From the IMG/VR virus record IMGVR_UViG_3300002125_000001: DNA of 64,000 nt. The stretch is one strand, 5' to 3'. Positions 10,801 through 20,109 of the stretch are shown here, in pieces. The notes under the pieces were generated by a model. That model was not told the DNA's origin. It saw only the letters and a list, made by a program, of their open reading frames with translations, and did no database searches. The stretch's first letter is position 1. Every line of letters starts with the position of its first letter. Source of the DNA: an uncultured virus (IMG/VR IMGVR_UViG_3300002125_000001) (lineage: Duplodnaviria > Heunggongvirae > Uroviricota > Caudoviricetes). A program made the position numbers and the translations under genes.

Positions 10801-12140
10801 TTTTCCAAACCGTCGCGTTCGGATTCCAGACTGGGCAGTTTTCCTTCCAGCTCTCCCTTTTCATTCTTTGCGTTGGCCAGTAGCGTCTCCGTTTCGCCGT
10901 AATCCTGCCCGTCGATAGGGTTCGCCAACTTCTCTTCCGATTCTTGTATGAAATTTTCCAGGAACGCGATACGGTCTTCGGTATCGGCCACCTTTTGCGA
11001 CGCGGCTATAAATAGCTCTTGGACATCCCTAAAGCTAAGTTCTGCCTGCTCCGCCGCTTCCTGTTTCTCTTTTGCTTTCTTTTCGGCCTCGGTCCAATCA
11101 ACGCTGCCCACCTCGAAAACACGGCATATCCGGGGATCGGGTACGGGCATTAAATCATCTTCCAACGGGGAGATCGGAAAATCGTATACGAATATAGGCA
11201 ACACGGTTAGCCTTATTTCGTGCGGCTCTGGTTTCTGGGTGTCGTTCACGTTCGTATGGACCACGTTTCCGTATGTAATTTCGCCCTCCTCATTTATTTG
11301 CATGTCGCTGATGGCCTTATCCCATAACGATTGGACAATAAACTGGAATTTATCGTCCACGGTCTTTTCCAGCCATTTTTGGAATTTTTCGCACGACCAG
11401 CCCAAAAAACCCCACGCGGTACAGCAGCCGGGATAGGGGCAGTATTTGACGCCGTGTGCAAACGTTACGGGGATGCCCGACGTATTCGCCTTCCCTTCGT
11501 ATATCAAAGTGCCACGGTAGAAAACAACGCAATGATCCTGCCCGTCTTGGAGGACGTAATAGCCGTTCGTAAACGGCATCTCCATAATATACGGTCGTTT
11601 CGGATTCTGCCAGAAATTGTTTCTCGGTATGATAAGCGTTTCCGCGCCGTCGCTGCTACTATTTGGGGGTGCCAACCGTGGCGGGTTACATTGTATTTTA
11701 CCGGGCCGCCACGGGACCAAATGCCCGTGGCGTGGTCGTATAATTTGGGCCTTATTGTTGCCCCTGTTCGGGTTATCCCAACATATCGTAATCGTATCGG
11801 TAGTCGGCGGCTTGCATTCGGCAAGATTCTCGATAGGTGGCGGGACCAACTCCGCCGTAACATACGTATTCAACGGATAGATTTGCAGCATTGAATTGGA
11901 GCCGGGGTCGAGAAAGAAAACAACTCCGTCCGGGTTGACCACGTAAACGCCGCCGTCCTCCGTAAGACAGTAATAGGGTTTCGTAACCGGGTGGCATACC
12001 GGCCTTTCGCAGCTACTCAGATCGTGGTCGGGCGGCCAGTAGACGCCGGGGTAAGCGTACCGATGCGTAGTTACGCCGTTTAAAATATACGCGCCGGTTT
12101 TTATCGTCCCGGCGCATCTGCTACACTCAGATAATGGCAT
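4890..12140 (-). CDS. very large Cys-rich virion/tail-associated protein with coiled-coil region
   Basis: 2416-aa ORF at the distal end of the tail cluster; coiled coil at about aa 350-640; many CCG/CxxC motifs. Confidence 0.7.
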   Translation of the reverse strand: MPLSECSRCAGTIKTGAYILNGVTTHRYAYPGVYWPPDHDLSSCERPVCHPVTKPYYCLTEDGGVYVVNPDGVVFFLDPGSNSMLQIYPLNTYVTAELVPPPIENLAECKPPTTDTITICWDNPNRGNNKAQIIRPRHGHLVPWRPGKIQCNPPRLAPPNSSSDGAETLIIPRNNFWQNPKRPYIMEMPFTNGYYVLQDGQDHCVVFYRGTLIYEGKANTSGIPVTFAHGVKYCPYPGCCTAWGFLGWSCEKFQKWLEKTVDDKFQFIVQSLWDKAISDMQINEEGEITYGNVVHTNVNDTQKPEPHEIRLTVLPIFVYDFPISPLEDDLMPVPDPRICRVFEVGSVDWTEAEKKAKEKQEAAEQAELSFRDVQELFIAASQKVADTEDRIAFLENFIQESEEKLANPIDGQDYGETETLLANAKNEKGELEGKLPSLESERDGLENDLIVMLPDYEAAMVASEQWNKALNDLQRSGELLGLVKVATATGVITGVFNETDMDALVTPAESELMATSKTLLLKNKAYKANERKITALGRRIAQLEADLYDLSLEKSIWDTWLLNNTNTDPRYPMVVAWLQIVNSRISSRNTEHTSCVSNLDSAKTQRDIFIQELQDGWSDIFELRTKLAYLRAVKEAIDDTKLETLIDDRVLWSFRDDAYWAKPLPEEKLGSILFGCDYEFQYHLSEVEYHDNCEDKVPTYPRHKTWYEGSSGNILPNDVRVTFSKWMEQCCLVCFEDSSGECSELNCGGGCGCDPPSGCSDCYQINGGKPGTDKEPEEDRKDKEPTWSHRPRGSCDPDLADRILRVHPTFCDEYDPVYQDGWIVMPGIGYRLPTFDAYFIACKQDDEGRPATIKRTVQCHGEGCVAKLEPLGGRIFPIRSDSGYATNYAYIVRDMANCRTKKDYTVIGRIDVVNLNGLYRQLPGMVRPDNDNVSDSQLGFNAVHALVLRAPHTVERDNATGFTEQWARDDDPVELRKYFTLFYPAYLTRPGFEIPNDVDIHQRMHRYERGSAPSPPQTELEEDTTKFNTYPIPSPPSESLPDENGTTWKFGRFEKKGLFWYAHWFTAPIKVKDLRARLIARDVQKELDNPTGHFEDETEILQYWTDYWTDYFKSRGRGDDDEIPDWDENDKPKTLERKMPVPPQDAHVRETDSTSGVIGKWYVQGPIYRKDDIFDPPDPPRMVTEQILVGEDLITVTHPPKDDQESGIWWRQWIQCWGDPEGLPLRVGTQEGDVYYMRYSIQASSPTQDPINIDEYCFWTGFHWENGRRPFSEIGGKTNSELAIFYKNMGQMDLRPTTEYQASTGDWETCAQAKALFVGKVASMTACGDMLAVNLDADGTHRKVLYKNADILWSLEAGSRAFIAPNGEQMREGMRCLGDTYAVATYSIGDNVQMFRLWMLDFSESLESTVNTGRTVLKEFSQSFDYDKVPDIFSLRSSWVSRADIEKYGNAIMKNYLLVQSRDGTTLYAFYKGRLVKTYADGSTSCNCICGPRYALVYRPGEGRPNPCGGTGDTSVDVWLDGRVAHEAISAQVLLGGAIVVTCMFAKTVNCEEHVRGCSTSITIRKAVFTDAGDSKTWVSLLRVCMGDYYMESDALSTGLFPLSEIGDWSLFIVGDSGDVTEPGGVIGASFTLYKWNSKTERMVPTGCSVDMSITGQHVWSTCPRSMLGDMPGGIYAWGESRWSMGGGGSSRGISMGWGGCAALSTDPETKHTRQAQIMGSYYDYSQTTTGGFNSYIVQYNSAVAAWASDDPEDIGELDGKVQCMGFEGGSSCGVSSGWETGDTSAVIWCCQIPPNMAGISTFGNTMLAVDTDGHVVPNKIVHYRGELSWVCACRSSARCGNYTQITDVDTKNITTYYGNTLLNETTPFASCCGDGVLGDGEYALFESGNFYYKSKKLDGDFRNYTVTGCCGNGVILRGTSVHFIEGKPTLVPDGDQVLFINGTRNINVSGEAPISNGTLPTTDKLSLGEDNFSISCCGRDYYVVQRGSFYRKRPDIEITTEIRQCPRDVEPCADTSGMFFYYYQDCPLGQKVKLVSVDENGVELEYEAELVEIAVYEGQTEPNKTGPTGGQEPQYFYIFERPKRWKTKIKDLRGDEVDVYFEHDLAYSFDTNNEGYVRHGFLQEERVGYVPWKYKYMGETPDERAAYVFYSTEERVVANEPPKLLSTDPRISNIVCFRYENKGTIAAPVFHGIAAYSMFYDDPWNNERDDHMDWKDMGVGQSVVTWSRKQPVVKNLLPLYERYDCFGGKGPDDMNIWDYPCDCELRAKIKQSYPNVCIIVWNRELHDSLKIHKDDVPYIPFHKIGERKEVSEADAITHPLRDRCIYVNDYNTAVRYDRLTANDPVDCWQNTFYSEAAGTGDFWLAAPMYNGEMSVANDPLDKSGRLVVSGNNTIYVWDRSFNRLEFSALTKERLQ

Positions 12141-15100
12141 TATGAAAGGTTTTCAACGTCAGGATCGGATGAGAATAGATGTATTCCGAAAAGGTCCAAA
12201 TCGAGAAACATCCAATCGTCCGAGCCAGAGACAAGATTAGGGACTGGGAAAGCCGCATTATTTTTATGCAACGTGATTCTAAGCTCAAACCCGTGAAATT
12301 CAATGCCGCTATACGTGCTATCAATCGTTCGCAATTCCATTTCATGCTCCGTTCCGTATACCACAGAATTGGACGCAAAAGAAAGAGGAGGAAGCGTGTC
12401 CAAAAGGTAACTGGAACCATTTGACGTTTGCCCAGTATCGATAGTATTCGCACTGCCGTACGTTATGCCATACAATTCAACCTTTACATCCGCTTCTATA
12501 CTCGCCGGGGACACGAGGCCCGGAGGAGGTCCGTAGGCCAACTTAAATCTCGGGCACCAATGGCTTACCTCATACTGTTTCCTGTTTCCTGTGCCCGATA
12601 AACGGTTCCCAAACCGGTATATATACGCTATTTTGGAATCCGATCCGTACATTTGGGGAAAATCTTCGTGCCACGAATAAGTCAACGATGCAGCCGTGTG
12701 TATGCGTACACTTGCCGACGCACCTGGGATGTTTGAAAAAGGCGCAAAGAAATTAGTCGCCGGACTCCAATTCTGCCATAAATTGTCTTTATTCGACCAA
12801 GCCCGGCCGTCAACGCCGATATACGTAAAAACATCCAGGGTCGAAAGGTCGTGATAAAAGTTATAAAATAGCGAATCCAACACGCCCTCGTTTCCGTCGA
12901 TGACGGATTGTTCCACGGGGTAAGAAACGGGAATAAAAGGAACAACTCGAATTTGTGAATTTCTCCACTTGTCGTAAGGAATAAACACAGGGACTGTTCT
13001 CGTATTTATGGCCCCTTTTGTTGGGGTGGAAATCAACGGATCGGAATCCTCGCTTATTAACACGGCCTCCTCTTCCCCGTCCGGTATGTACTCCGATTGC
13101 ATGTTTACCCCCGTCTGTTTATCATACGAAAACTCCCACGTTCCGTTTACGGCCGGTTCGTTATCGAAAGCGACCAAACTGTATGTAATTCTGTCCAACG
13201 TTAGATTTTCCAATTTAGAAACCAGCAATTCGTCGCCGGTTCTAAACACGATATCCAACGGCTCCGAAACCGCATTCGCAGACAGCGAGGGCGGGAATAG
13301 ACCGTCTTTAACATGCGCGCGTATCCTCGCCACGTAGTTTTCATTCGCATCCAAACCACGCAACGTAAACGACTGGGCGCGTATGTCGGTCAACACGTTA
13401 TCGGCATCCGTAACTGTCTCCCAATCAACTATCGTTTCGGGGCCTTCGCCGATACCGTACTCTATACTGTAATGGGAGAAATAGGGGGTCATAACCTCGT
13501 CTTCCCATTTCCAAAGCAGAGTAACCGTATTCCAATATACCGTAAACCCGTCTTCTATAGCGCCCGGTCGCGTTTCCGGCGGCTGGACAATATCCGAGCT
13601 TGTTATCTCAATAGTTGCCCCATCGATAATATAGCTCCAACTGGAACTCCCGATATGAGTAATCATTCGCATCCTATACGCATAACGGGTCTCCGGCATC
13701 AAACCTCTATCTACATACGAGGTAACGGAAATCGGATTGCTATTAGCATCTTGCAGCGGTATAGAAATTTCTTTAACGCTATCAGAATCAAACCCATCAG
13801 GATCACCAAATTCAATCCGTTGCAATTGGTAACGGATAGGAATCGCCTCTTCGCCGCATGGATGTTCCGGCTGCCTAATATCAAACGTCAAACTACCGAA
13901 CGTAGGCGCAGGGGCGGGCAACATCTCAATCTCCGGGGCAAGGGGCGTATTGGGGAACACGTCAAACGAGTAGGTGTACCGAACGATAAGAATTTGCTCC
14001 TCTTCCTTAATAATCGGATCGTCCTCAAAACTCACGCCGGAAATCACGTTTCCTACATAGGACGACCACCGATGACTTTTATTCACAACCATAGGCAACA
14101 GCCCATCAGACGTTACCATCATGTACCGTCGTTCGTCCTCCACGCCGAACAAATGATCTCGTAACCGTGTAAGCTGGTACTGATCGAAAACAAAACCAGG
14201 CTGATAATCGCTCGAAGCGCATTGTTTTACGTTTTTTGTTTTCGTAGGGCATTTCCACGTAAGGGGGCTGGTATCCTCTAATACATGTGTAAACGGCAGA
14301 TAGTATTCGTTTCCAATAAGAGAACCGGTACAATAAGCATTAGGGTCTGTAACATTACTGGAAGACGAAAAGGGCATTTGTCCGATAGCGTAGGGCAATA
14401 CTGCGACTCTAACAGGCGGGCTAACGTGCGCCGCCAAATTCGAGTACATGGCCGATTTCAAATAGGACGCCACATTTATTTTTAATTTGTAGACCCCGAT
14501 ACCGAACCCGCCCGGCTCCTTCGAGGTTTCTTCATAATCTCCGATACCCATACTGATAAAGATTTCAACGGTATCCTCGTCGGCCGTCTCCCCGCGACGT
14601 GCAACCATTACCGGTTGGCAGTTAGAAAAAGCTGCGGGGATTTCAAACGGGCACGTAACGACGCCCACGACGGCATTGTGGGAAGTACTTACCGTACCGT
14701 GTATTTGCGGCTGGACGGCGATGGACACTGTACGGGACCCGGCACCCCCCGCGTTTGATAGCGTAGCGATTGCCAACTTTATGGCACGTGTGCCGCCTTC
14801 GTCGTTTCCGGCAACCACACCATGCCCCAAAACCATCCCGCCGCGTACCGTCGCGTTTATGTTTGTAACCGAGTTTGCGTTAAACAATTGGTTCGGTGAT
14901 ACCAAGTCGTTTAACATTTCCGTTTCTGTCGCGGTAGGCCCGCCTACCACGGCGGGTTTGCCGTAGTCGTAGTAGGCCATTTTTGACGGCGGCAATGACG
15001 CGACTCCCGTATCCTGATTAAACGACACAGAGGGCACGGGCGCATACATAGCGTCGCCCCAAACCGTACCCGCACTGAAATTAGCGAACCTTTGCCGCGT

Positions 15101-16081
15101 CCGCACAAACGGAGCAAGCAAATACGTACCTATAGAAGTATTGGGCCGCAACCTTCGGGGCGCTCCGGGCATGTCGGAAGTGGTATAGCCACTCGATTTA
15201 GGCGCACCTTCGCTATAAGACGTTCCAGAAGTGCCACCGCCTACTGAGGGCCAGGCCGAATCCCATGTTTTATTGGCAAACGTTTGTGAAAACGAGGTAT
15301 TGAGGTAGGCGTTAGAACGGCTGCTCCCGTATTCACCGGGGTAAACTCCCAATACCATACTATAGATTTCCGCAACGCCTTCGCTCTTCATATACCCGAA
15401 CGTATACGAAGGATTGCCGTTAAGATTACTCCATTTGCATTCGCCCCAACTTAGTTGCATAAACCGTGCCCTGTCTTCCGACCGATCATGCCCAGACATT
15501 TGGACAACCGCCAAATTTCTATTTGATCCAAGTTTACCCACATTGTAGGGTTCGCCCCAATTGGGGAATATCATGGCCCTCGTAACCATGTTATCAACGC
15601 CGGACAAAGTATTATTGAAATAGGGTGGTATCTGCGTTGTTGCATCGACCCTACACGGCACGGACAACAGGAACACTCCGTAAGTGGCCCGACTCTCTTT
15701 GGAGGCGAACGTACCGCACGAGCACCGTATTGCCTGATGCCCGTTTGTCTGCGTCACGCCGGTAACATCGGTAGCCGTTTTGGAATGGCTACCCAACATG
15801 GCACTGATCGGGTTGACTATAATATTGCGGGCCCGGTTATCTTCAGAAGCGGGCTGCCCGGAAATCGCATGGGATGGCGTAGGGTCGTCAATTTGGTGTC
15901 CGAAACGGACGGAATTATTATAGACTCCAAGATTGCCAGCCATAAGCCAGCGGGCGAACGGTTCCGTCAGATGGTTCTGCTTGCGCACGTGTTTGACAAC
16001 TCGATTGGTTGCCTTGTCGATAAGCAAAACATCAACAAACCCCTGCACGCCAAAATTATTATTTTTACAATTATCTTTCAT
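12140..16081 (-). CDS. FN3-domain tail/baseplate protein (paralog 3)
   Basis: Shared N-terminus GFVDVLLIDK..VVKHVRKQNHLTEPFARWL; FN3-like GLMPETRYAYR and GLDANENYVARIRA. Confidence 0.7.
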   Translation of the reverse strand: MKDNCKNNNFGVQGFVDVLLIDKATNRVVKHVRKQNHLTEPFARWLMAGNLGVYNNSVRFGHQIDDPTPSHAISGQPASEDNRARNIIVNPISAMLGSHSKTATDVTGVTQTNGHQAIRCSCGTFASKESRATYGVFLLSVPCRVDATTQIPPYFNNTLSGVDNMVTRAMIFPNWGEPYNVGKLGSNRNLAVVQMSGHDRSEDRARFMQLSWGECKWSNLNGNPSYTFGYMKSEGVAEIYSMVLGVYPGEYGSSRSNAYLNTSFSQTFANKTWDSAWPSVGGGTSGTSYSEGAPKSSGYTTSDMPGAPRRLRPNTSIGTYLLAPFVRTRQRFANFSAGTVWGDAMYAPVPSVSFNQDTGVASLPPSKMAYYDYGKPAVVGGPTATETEMLNDLVSPNQLFNANSVTNINATVRGGMVLGHGVVAGNDEGGTRAIKLAIATLSNAGGAGSRTVSIAVQPQIHGTVSTSHNAVVGVVTCPFEIPAAFSNCQPVMVARRGETADEDTVEIFISMGIGDYEETSKEPGGFGIGVYKLKINVASYLKSAMYSNLAAHVSPPVRVAVLPYAIGQMPFSSSSNVTDPNAYCTGSLIGNEYYLPFTHVLEDTSPLTWKCPTKTKNVKQCASSDYQPGFVFDQYQLTRLRDHLFGVEDERRYMMVTSDGLLPMVVNKSHRWSSYVGNVISGVSFEDDPIIKEEEQILIVRYTYSFDVFPNTPLAPEIEMLPAPAPTFGSLTFDIRQPEHPCGEEAIPIRYQLQRIEFGDPDGFDSDSVKEISIPLQDANSNPISVTSYVDRGLMPETRYAYRMRMITHIGSSSWSYIIDGATIEITSSDIVQPPETRPGAIEDGFTVYWNTVTLLWKWEDEVMTPYFSHYSIEYGIGEGPETIVDWETVTDADNVLTDIRAQSFTLRGLDANENYVARIRAHVKDGLFPPSLSANAVSEPLDIVFRTGDELLVSKLENLTLDRITYSLVAFDNEPAVNGTWEFSYDKQTGVNMQSEYIPDGEEEAVLISEDSDPLISTPTKGAINTRTVPVFIPYDKWRNSQIRVVPFIPVSYPVEQSVIDGNEGVLDSLFYNFYHDLSTLDVFTYIGVDGRAWSNKDNLWQNWSPATNFFAPFSNIPGASASVRIHTAASLTYSWHEDFPQMYGSDSKIAYIYRFGNRLSGTGNRKQYEVSHWCPRFKLAYGPPPGLVSPASIEADVKVELYGITYGSANTIDTGQTSNGSSYLLDTLPPLSFASNSVVYGTEHEMELRTIDSTYSGIEFHGFELRITLHKNNAAFPVPNLVSGSDDWMFLDLDLFGIHLFSSDPDVENLS

Positions 16082-16086
16082 GTCTA

Positions 16087-19000
16087 TCAGCTTTCAATTA
16101 CTGGCGTATAATCGCCATCTATAATAATACCCCACATAAACAAACTTAACTGAAGTTCTTCTTGGACCGAGTTATCTCCCAAATGACCGGGCACAGAGCC
16201 GGGGCCCTCTACCAACCAACCGGGCTGACCCGTTTCGTTCCATATCGTCCATTCCAACTCAAACCGCTCAAATGTTTTCGCTGCGTTCGGACCTTTTACT
16301 TGGACCAGCGGACGGCGGATAGTCGATAGCGAATTCGTAAAGGTGTTCGGATTTGAACTTGTTTGCGTTAAACCGCGAGCGTCGAAAATATTACCTATCT
16401 CGATTCTAGGGGGATTGGGGACGGAAATATCCTCGATCCCGTATAATTTCATATCGCATTGGACAGGGCTATTCCACGGCGTATGTATAGCCGATGTTGA
16501 GCTCCCTGTTCGCTTATACTTACGCAAAAAGAAAGGCATCTTCCACGCGATACATTTAACGGCCGTAGGCGTATCTGAGCCTATCGCATTATTGAACCCA
16601 AGCTGGATACGAATATACCTTTGTTTATAAAACTCGGAACCCGTTTCATTTAATACGTCCGTGTTGGCGGCCAAGATAGCCGTAGGCCCCAAATCTAAAT
16701 CATTTGCCGCTGCATTTACATTAGGCTTCAAGAATAGGCTAACCAAATTATTAACTCCCGGATTGGTATCAAAAAATCCGACGTTAGGCGTATATTCAAA
16801 CGGCCCCGATTCCAGCAACGTTTTAGTGGACGCGCCGGTTATCTTGTGCAGACTACATTTCAAAGGGGGTGACGACTCGCTCGCGGCGCGGTACAACGCA
16901 TGTGCCGTAGAAGCCTCTTCGGCCGCGTTCTCCGGAGTGTCCATAGGAAACGAGTCATTAAACGGCCACACTTGAACCCTAATATTACTCCACGTATCGT
17001 ATGGTAGGCGGTCAAAACCCACCACAGAATTTGCTTTTTCGAGAGAGATGGAATTAGTATAAACCACTTCTGTCTGTTGCGGGTCCGATTGATCGAATGG
17101 CGTAGACTCGTCGTCCTCCTCCCACCGCACTTGGTAATTCATCAAACCGGCACCCTGATCTTCCCACTCGATCAGCATATCCCCTCTGTCAAAATGATAA
17201 TTCGTCCGCGTTACGACAATATCGCCCACAGGCACGGGTTCCGGCAGGGAAGCGGTGGTGAATGAATTGCCGGGAATGCCCGACCATTCACTGAAATAGG
17301 GCACCGCGTCAAAACCGCCGTAAGGCACTTCGATATAATAATTACTATTTATCTCGGCCCTAATACGGACAAAATAGTTTGTACCGGGCGTCAACCCCGT
17401 TATCTGGATGGTGCCCGTATCGCGATTCAAAAGCTGGCTATCATCCACATCGATCCAACCGGGATCATCCGCCGGTAAATCTTCCACGTCGCCCCATGTA
17501 TCGGAACCAACCTTCCTATATTGCAACCGGTATCGTGCAAAGAACAGGGAAATATCATCACGCATACCGGAGTCGTTGGACGGCGTCGGCTGCACCCATT
17601 CCCAATTAAGGGCGACGGCCCTTGCGCCTGTCGGCGGGTCTACGTTGAAATTGGTAACGGCCACCGGCTGATTTTGCAACGGCGGGGTAAGAATACCGTT
17701 CCCCATATTTGCATACACGGCTATGGAACTACCGCCGGTATTTACGCCACGCAGGCTATAAAAATAGCGTGTATTGGGCAAAACGGTTTTATCGACAACG
17801 CCGTCGTCGTAAAATTCGGGGAACAACATCGGCGGCAACAATGGAATTTTTACACTATTTACCAATTCGCCCGAACTGTCTACCGCCGTTGCCCGTCGCA
17901 TAACGTACCGTTCCGTATGCGGCTTTTTCGCCCAGTCCAAAAGTACGCGGGTGGCGGACGGTGCCAATTGCGGGTAGTGCAGGGCAACAAAGTTAGAGGG
18001 CGCGGCGGGCGCGGGTGGCGATATTTCAAACGTATACGTATACCTTACCACCAAAATTTGCGTGCCTAATTTTTCGATAGGTGTGTCCAAATTTAAGCCG
18101 GACATAACAAGGCCGTGCGAATGATCCCAACGTTGCGTTGCGTTTACGCACACAGGCGAAAGCCCCTCTTCGTTTACGAGCATCGCAATACGGGGCGAAG
18201 TGAAAGCACCGGCACTAGAAAAAGGAGCAATAGCAAAGATACAATCGCTCATCGGATGCCTTATCAAACTGCCAGCATCACAATGGATACCCGGTTGAAA
18301 ATCAGGCCCCGAACATAGCATAGGGGTCAACATGTCTACATCTAGTTCTGCCTCTTTCTCGTCAAAACTCCAATTATGTAGGCTTGTCCCCTTCAAGATA
18401 TGCGAAATTGGAAGATAGTAACTATCGTCTCGCACGACATCATACGAACCTACCGTGTACCTATTGCCAGGAAATGTAGTAGAAACCGGATAATTACTGG
18501 TGATAGTAACATCCGATTTGTTTCCGGAGCCGCCAGTATTGCCCGGAAATTGACCGATTGCATATGGCAACACGGCGACACGTCCGTAATTTGTAATCTC
18601 CGAAGGGTATGCGCCAAAAAAGTTGGTAAGGGTATAACTACCGCTACCTAGTAGATTTCGTAATTTTCCAATCTTTATTACAATTTTTTGGACCTCTATT
18701 CCGGTACCGCCGGGATGGACAACGACTTTCCCCTCTATTGTTTCTGTAGATTCTTCAAAAGTACCCGAGCCCATAGAAACAAACACCTCAACAACATCGT
18801 CCTCAGGGGCAGCACCTCTTCTCGCCACCATAACAGGCGCGTTATTTTCGTATATCTGGCTATTTATGGGTGCTCTTTCAGTTGTTGACCCTTTAACCAA
18901 CGACGACGTCAACTCCAATTTAGAACTTTCAAAGTATTGGACAGACGCACCTACTGTTTCCATAGTATCCTGCGTCGTCGTTAGCGCATATTGCGCACAC

Positions 19001-20106
19001 AGCATAAGCTGACGTTTAACAATCGTCCCAGTGGCAGATCCTGCGCTGTTTGTAGCGTGGACACCAGTGCCTGCCGTCCGGTTGTAGGCCCCTCGAACCA
19101 CCCGGATAGCCACTCCGTTCCCAATAGCGAACCCACCAGCGCATACCTTGCCTATGGCTTTAACTGGGTTCGAATTAAATGTCTCACCTGTAATACTGTT
19201 TGAACCAGAAGTATCGGAGGCAGCAGGAGAATCACTTATACGTCGTAATAACAAATCAAAATACCTCATACGCGACGTAGCCGCATGGGGCGCGTACAAC
19301 CCATCCCCGTAAATCACGGTGCCTTCGGACAACGAGCGGCTCGAATGCCGGTTAAAAGCCGCAATTAAAAACCGGCCGTCGTCACTTAAAATCGCAGGCA
19401 AATTAAAAGATTTTTCAGCACCCGCCGACCATGTGTTATCCCACATAGTGGGCAACAATACGGGCGATTGGCGGACCGTAATGTGCGCGGGATAACCGTT
19501 ACTAAACCCATCGGGAACTGCGCCTAGCACCACGCTATGTATGACCGCCGTGTCCGTATCATCTTTGACATACGTAGTTTGAAAAGAAGGGTTGCCGCCC
19601 AGCCGCGACCAGCGGCAGTTTGCCTCGCTTATGGACATTTCCTTCCCGGTATTTGAAGATGTCCGGGTTCCGTAATACTTAACGTTACTGGAAAGCTGCG
19701 AAAGGGATGGGCTAAAATAAGGCGGTATCTGCGTATTCTTCCCCAATTCAACACGTTTTTCTATCTGTCCCGACAAGTCAAAAAGAAATATACCAAAATC
19801 TCCGCTTCCGGTATGCGAAGTTACTGTTTGTTGGTATTGATACGGGTAGCTGCCCAGAAGATCACTTATATTATTTTTTTCAAACGTTTTCGAGCCCGAT
19901 AGCGTATCTGCCGTAGGGAGCGTAAGATTGCCGGTCAGTAGCCACCTTGCAAACGGTTCCGTAATTTGGTTCTTTTGACGTATGTGCTTTACAACTTTTT
20001 TTGTTTCGCGGTCAATTAAAAGGAATTCAACATAGCCCGCGAATTCAACCGGGTTGCATACTTCTGAAAATTTTATTTTTGCCATTTGTCTATAGGTGTT
20101 TATCAA
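16087..20106 (-). CDS. FN3-domain tail/baseplate protein (paralog 2)
   Basis: GYVEFLLIDR..VVKHIRQKNQITEPFARWLL; FN3-like VLPNTRYFYSLRGVN and GLTPGTNYFVRIRA. Confidence 0.7.
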   Translation of the reverse strand: MINTYRQMAKIKFSEVCNPVEFAGYVEFLLIDRETKKVVKHIRQKNQITEPFARWLLTGNLTLPTADTLSGSKTFEKNNISDLLGSYPYQYQQTVTSHTGSGDFGIFLFDLSGQIEKRVELGKNTQIPPYFSPSLSQLSSNVKYYGTRTSSNTGKEMSISEANCRWSRLGGNPSFQTTYVKDDTDTAVIHSVVLGAVPDGFSNGYPAHITVRQSPVLLPTMWDNTWSAGAEKSFNLPAILSDDGRFLIAAFNRHSSRSLSEGTVIYGDGLYAPHAATSRMRYFDLLLRRISDSPAASDTSGSNSITGETFNSNPVKAIGKVCAGGFAIGNGVAIRVVRGAYNRTAGTGVHATNSAGSATGTIVKRQLMLCAQYALTTTQDTMETVGASVQYFESSKLELTSSLVKGSTTERAPINSQIYENNAPVMVARRGAAPEDDVVEVFVSMGSGTFEESTETIEGKVVVHPGGTGIEVQKIVIKIGKLRNLLGSGSYTLTNFFGAYPSEITNYGRVAVLPYAIGQFPGNTGGSGNKSDVTITSNYPVSTTFPGNRYTVGSYDVVRDDSYYLPISHILKGTSLHNWSFDEKEAELDVDMLTPMLCSGPDFQPGIHCDAGSLIRHPMSDCIFAIAPFSSAGAFTSPRIAMLVNEEGLSPVCVNATQRWDHSHGLVMSGLNLDTPIEKLGTQILVVRYTYTFEISPPAPAAPSNFVALHYPQLAPSATRVLLDWAKKPHTERYVMRRATAVDSSGELVNSVKIPLLPPMLFPEFYDDGVVDKTVLPNTRYFYSLRGVNTGGSSIAVYANMGNGILTPPLQNQPVAVTNFNVDPPTGARAVALNWEWVQPTPSNDSGMRDDISLFFARYRLQYRKVGSDTWGDVEDLPADDPGWIDVDDSQLLNRDTGTIQITGLTPGTNYFVRIRAEINSNYYIEVPYGGFDAVPYFSEWSGIPGNSFTTASLPEPVPVGDIVVTRTNYHFDRGDMLIEWEDQGAGLMNYQVRWEEDDESTPFDQSDPQQTEVVYTNSISLEKANSVVGFDRLPYDTWSNIRVQVWPFNDSFPMDTPENAAEEASTAHALYRAASESSPPLKCSLHKITGASTKTLLESGPFEYTPNVGFFDTNPGVNNLVSLFLKPNVNAAANDLDLGPTAILAANTDVLNETGSEFYKQRYIRIQLGFNNAIGSDTPTAVKCIAWKMPFFLRKYKRTGSSTSAIHTPWNSPVQCDMKLYGIEDISVPNPPRIEIGNIFDARGLTQTSSNPNTFTNSLSTIRRPLVQVKGPNAAKTFERFELEWTIWNETGQPGWLVEGPGSVPGHLGDNSVQEELQLSLFMWGIIIDGDYTPVIES

Positions 20107-20109
20107 AAG

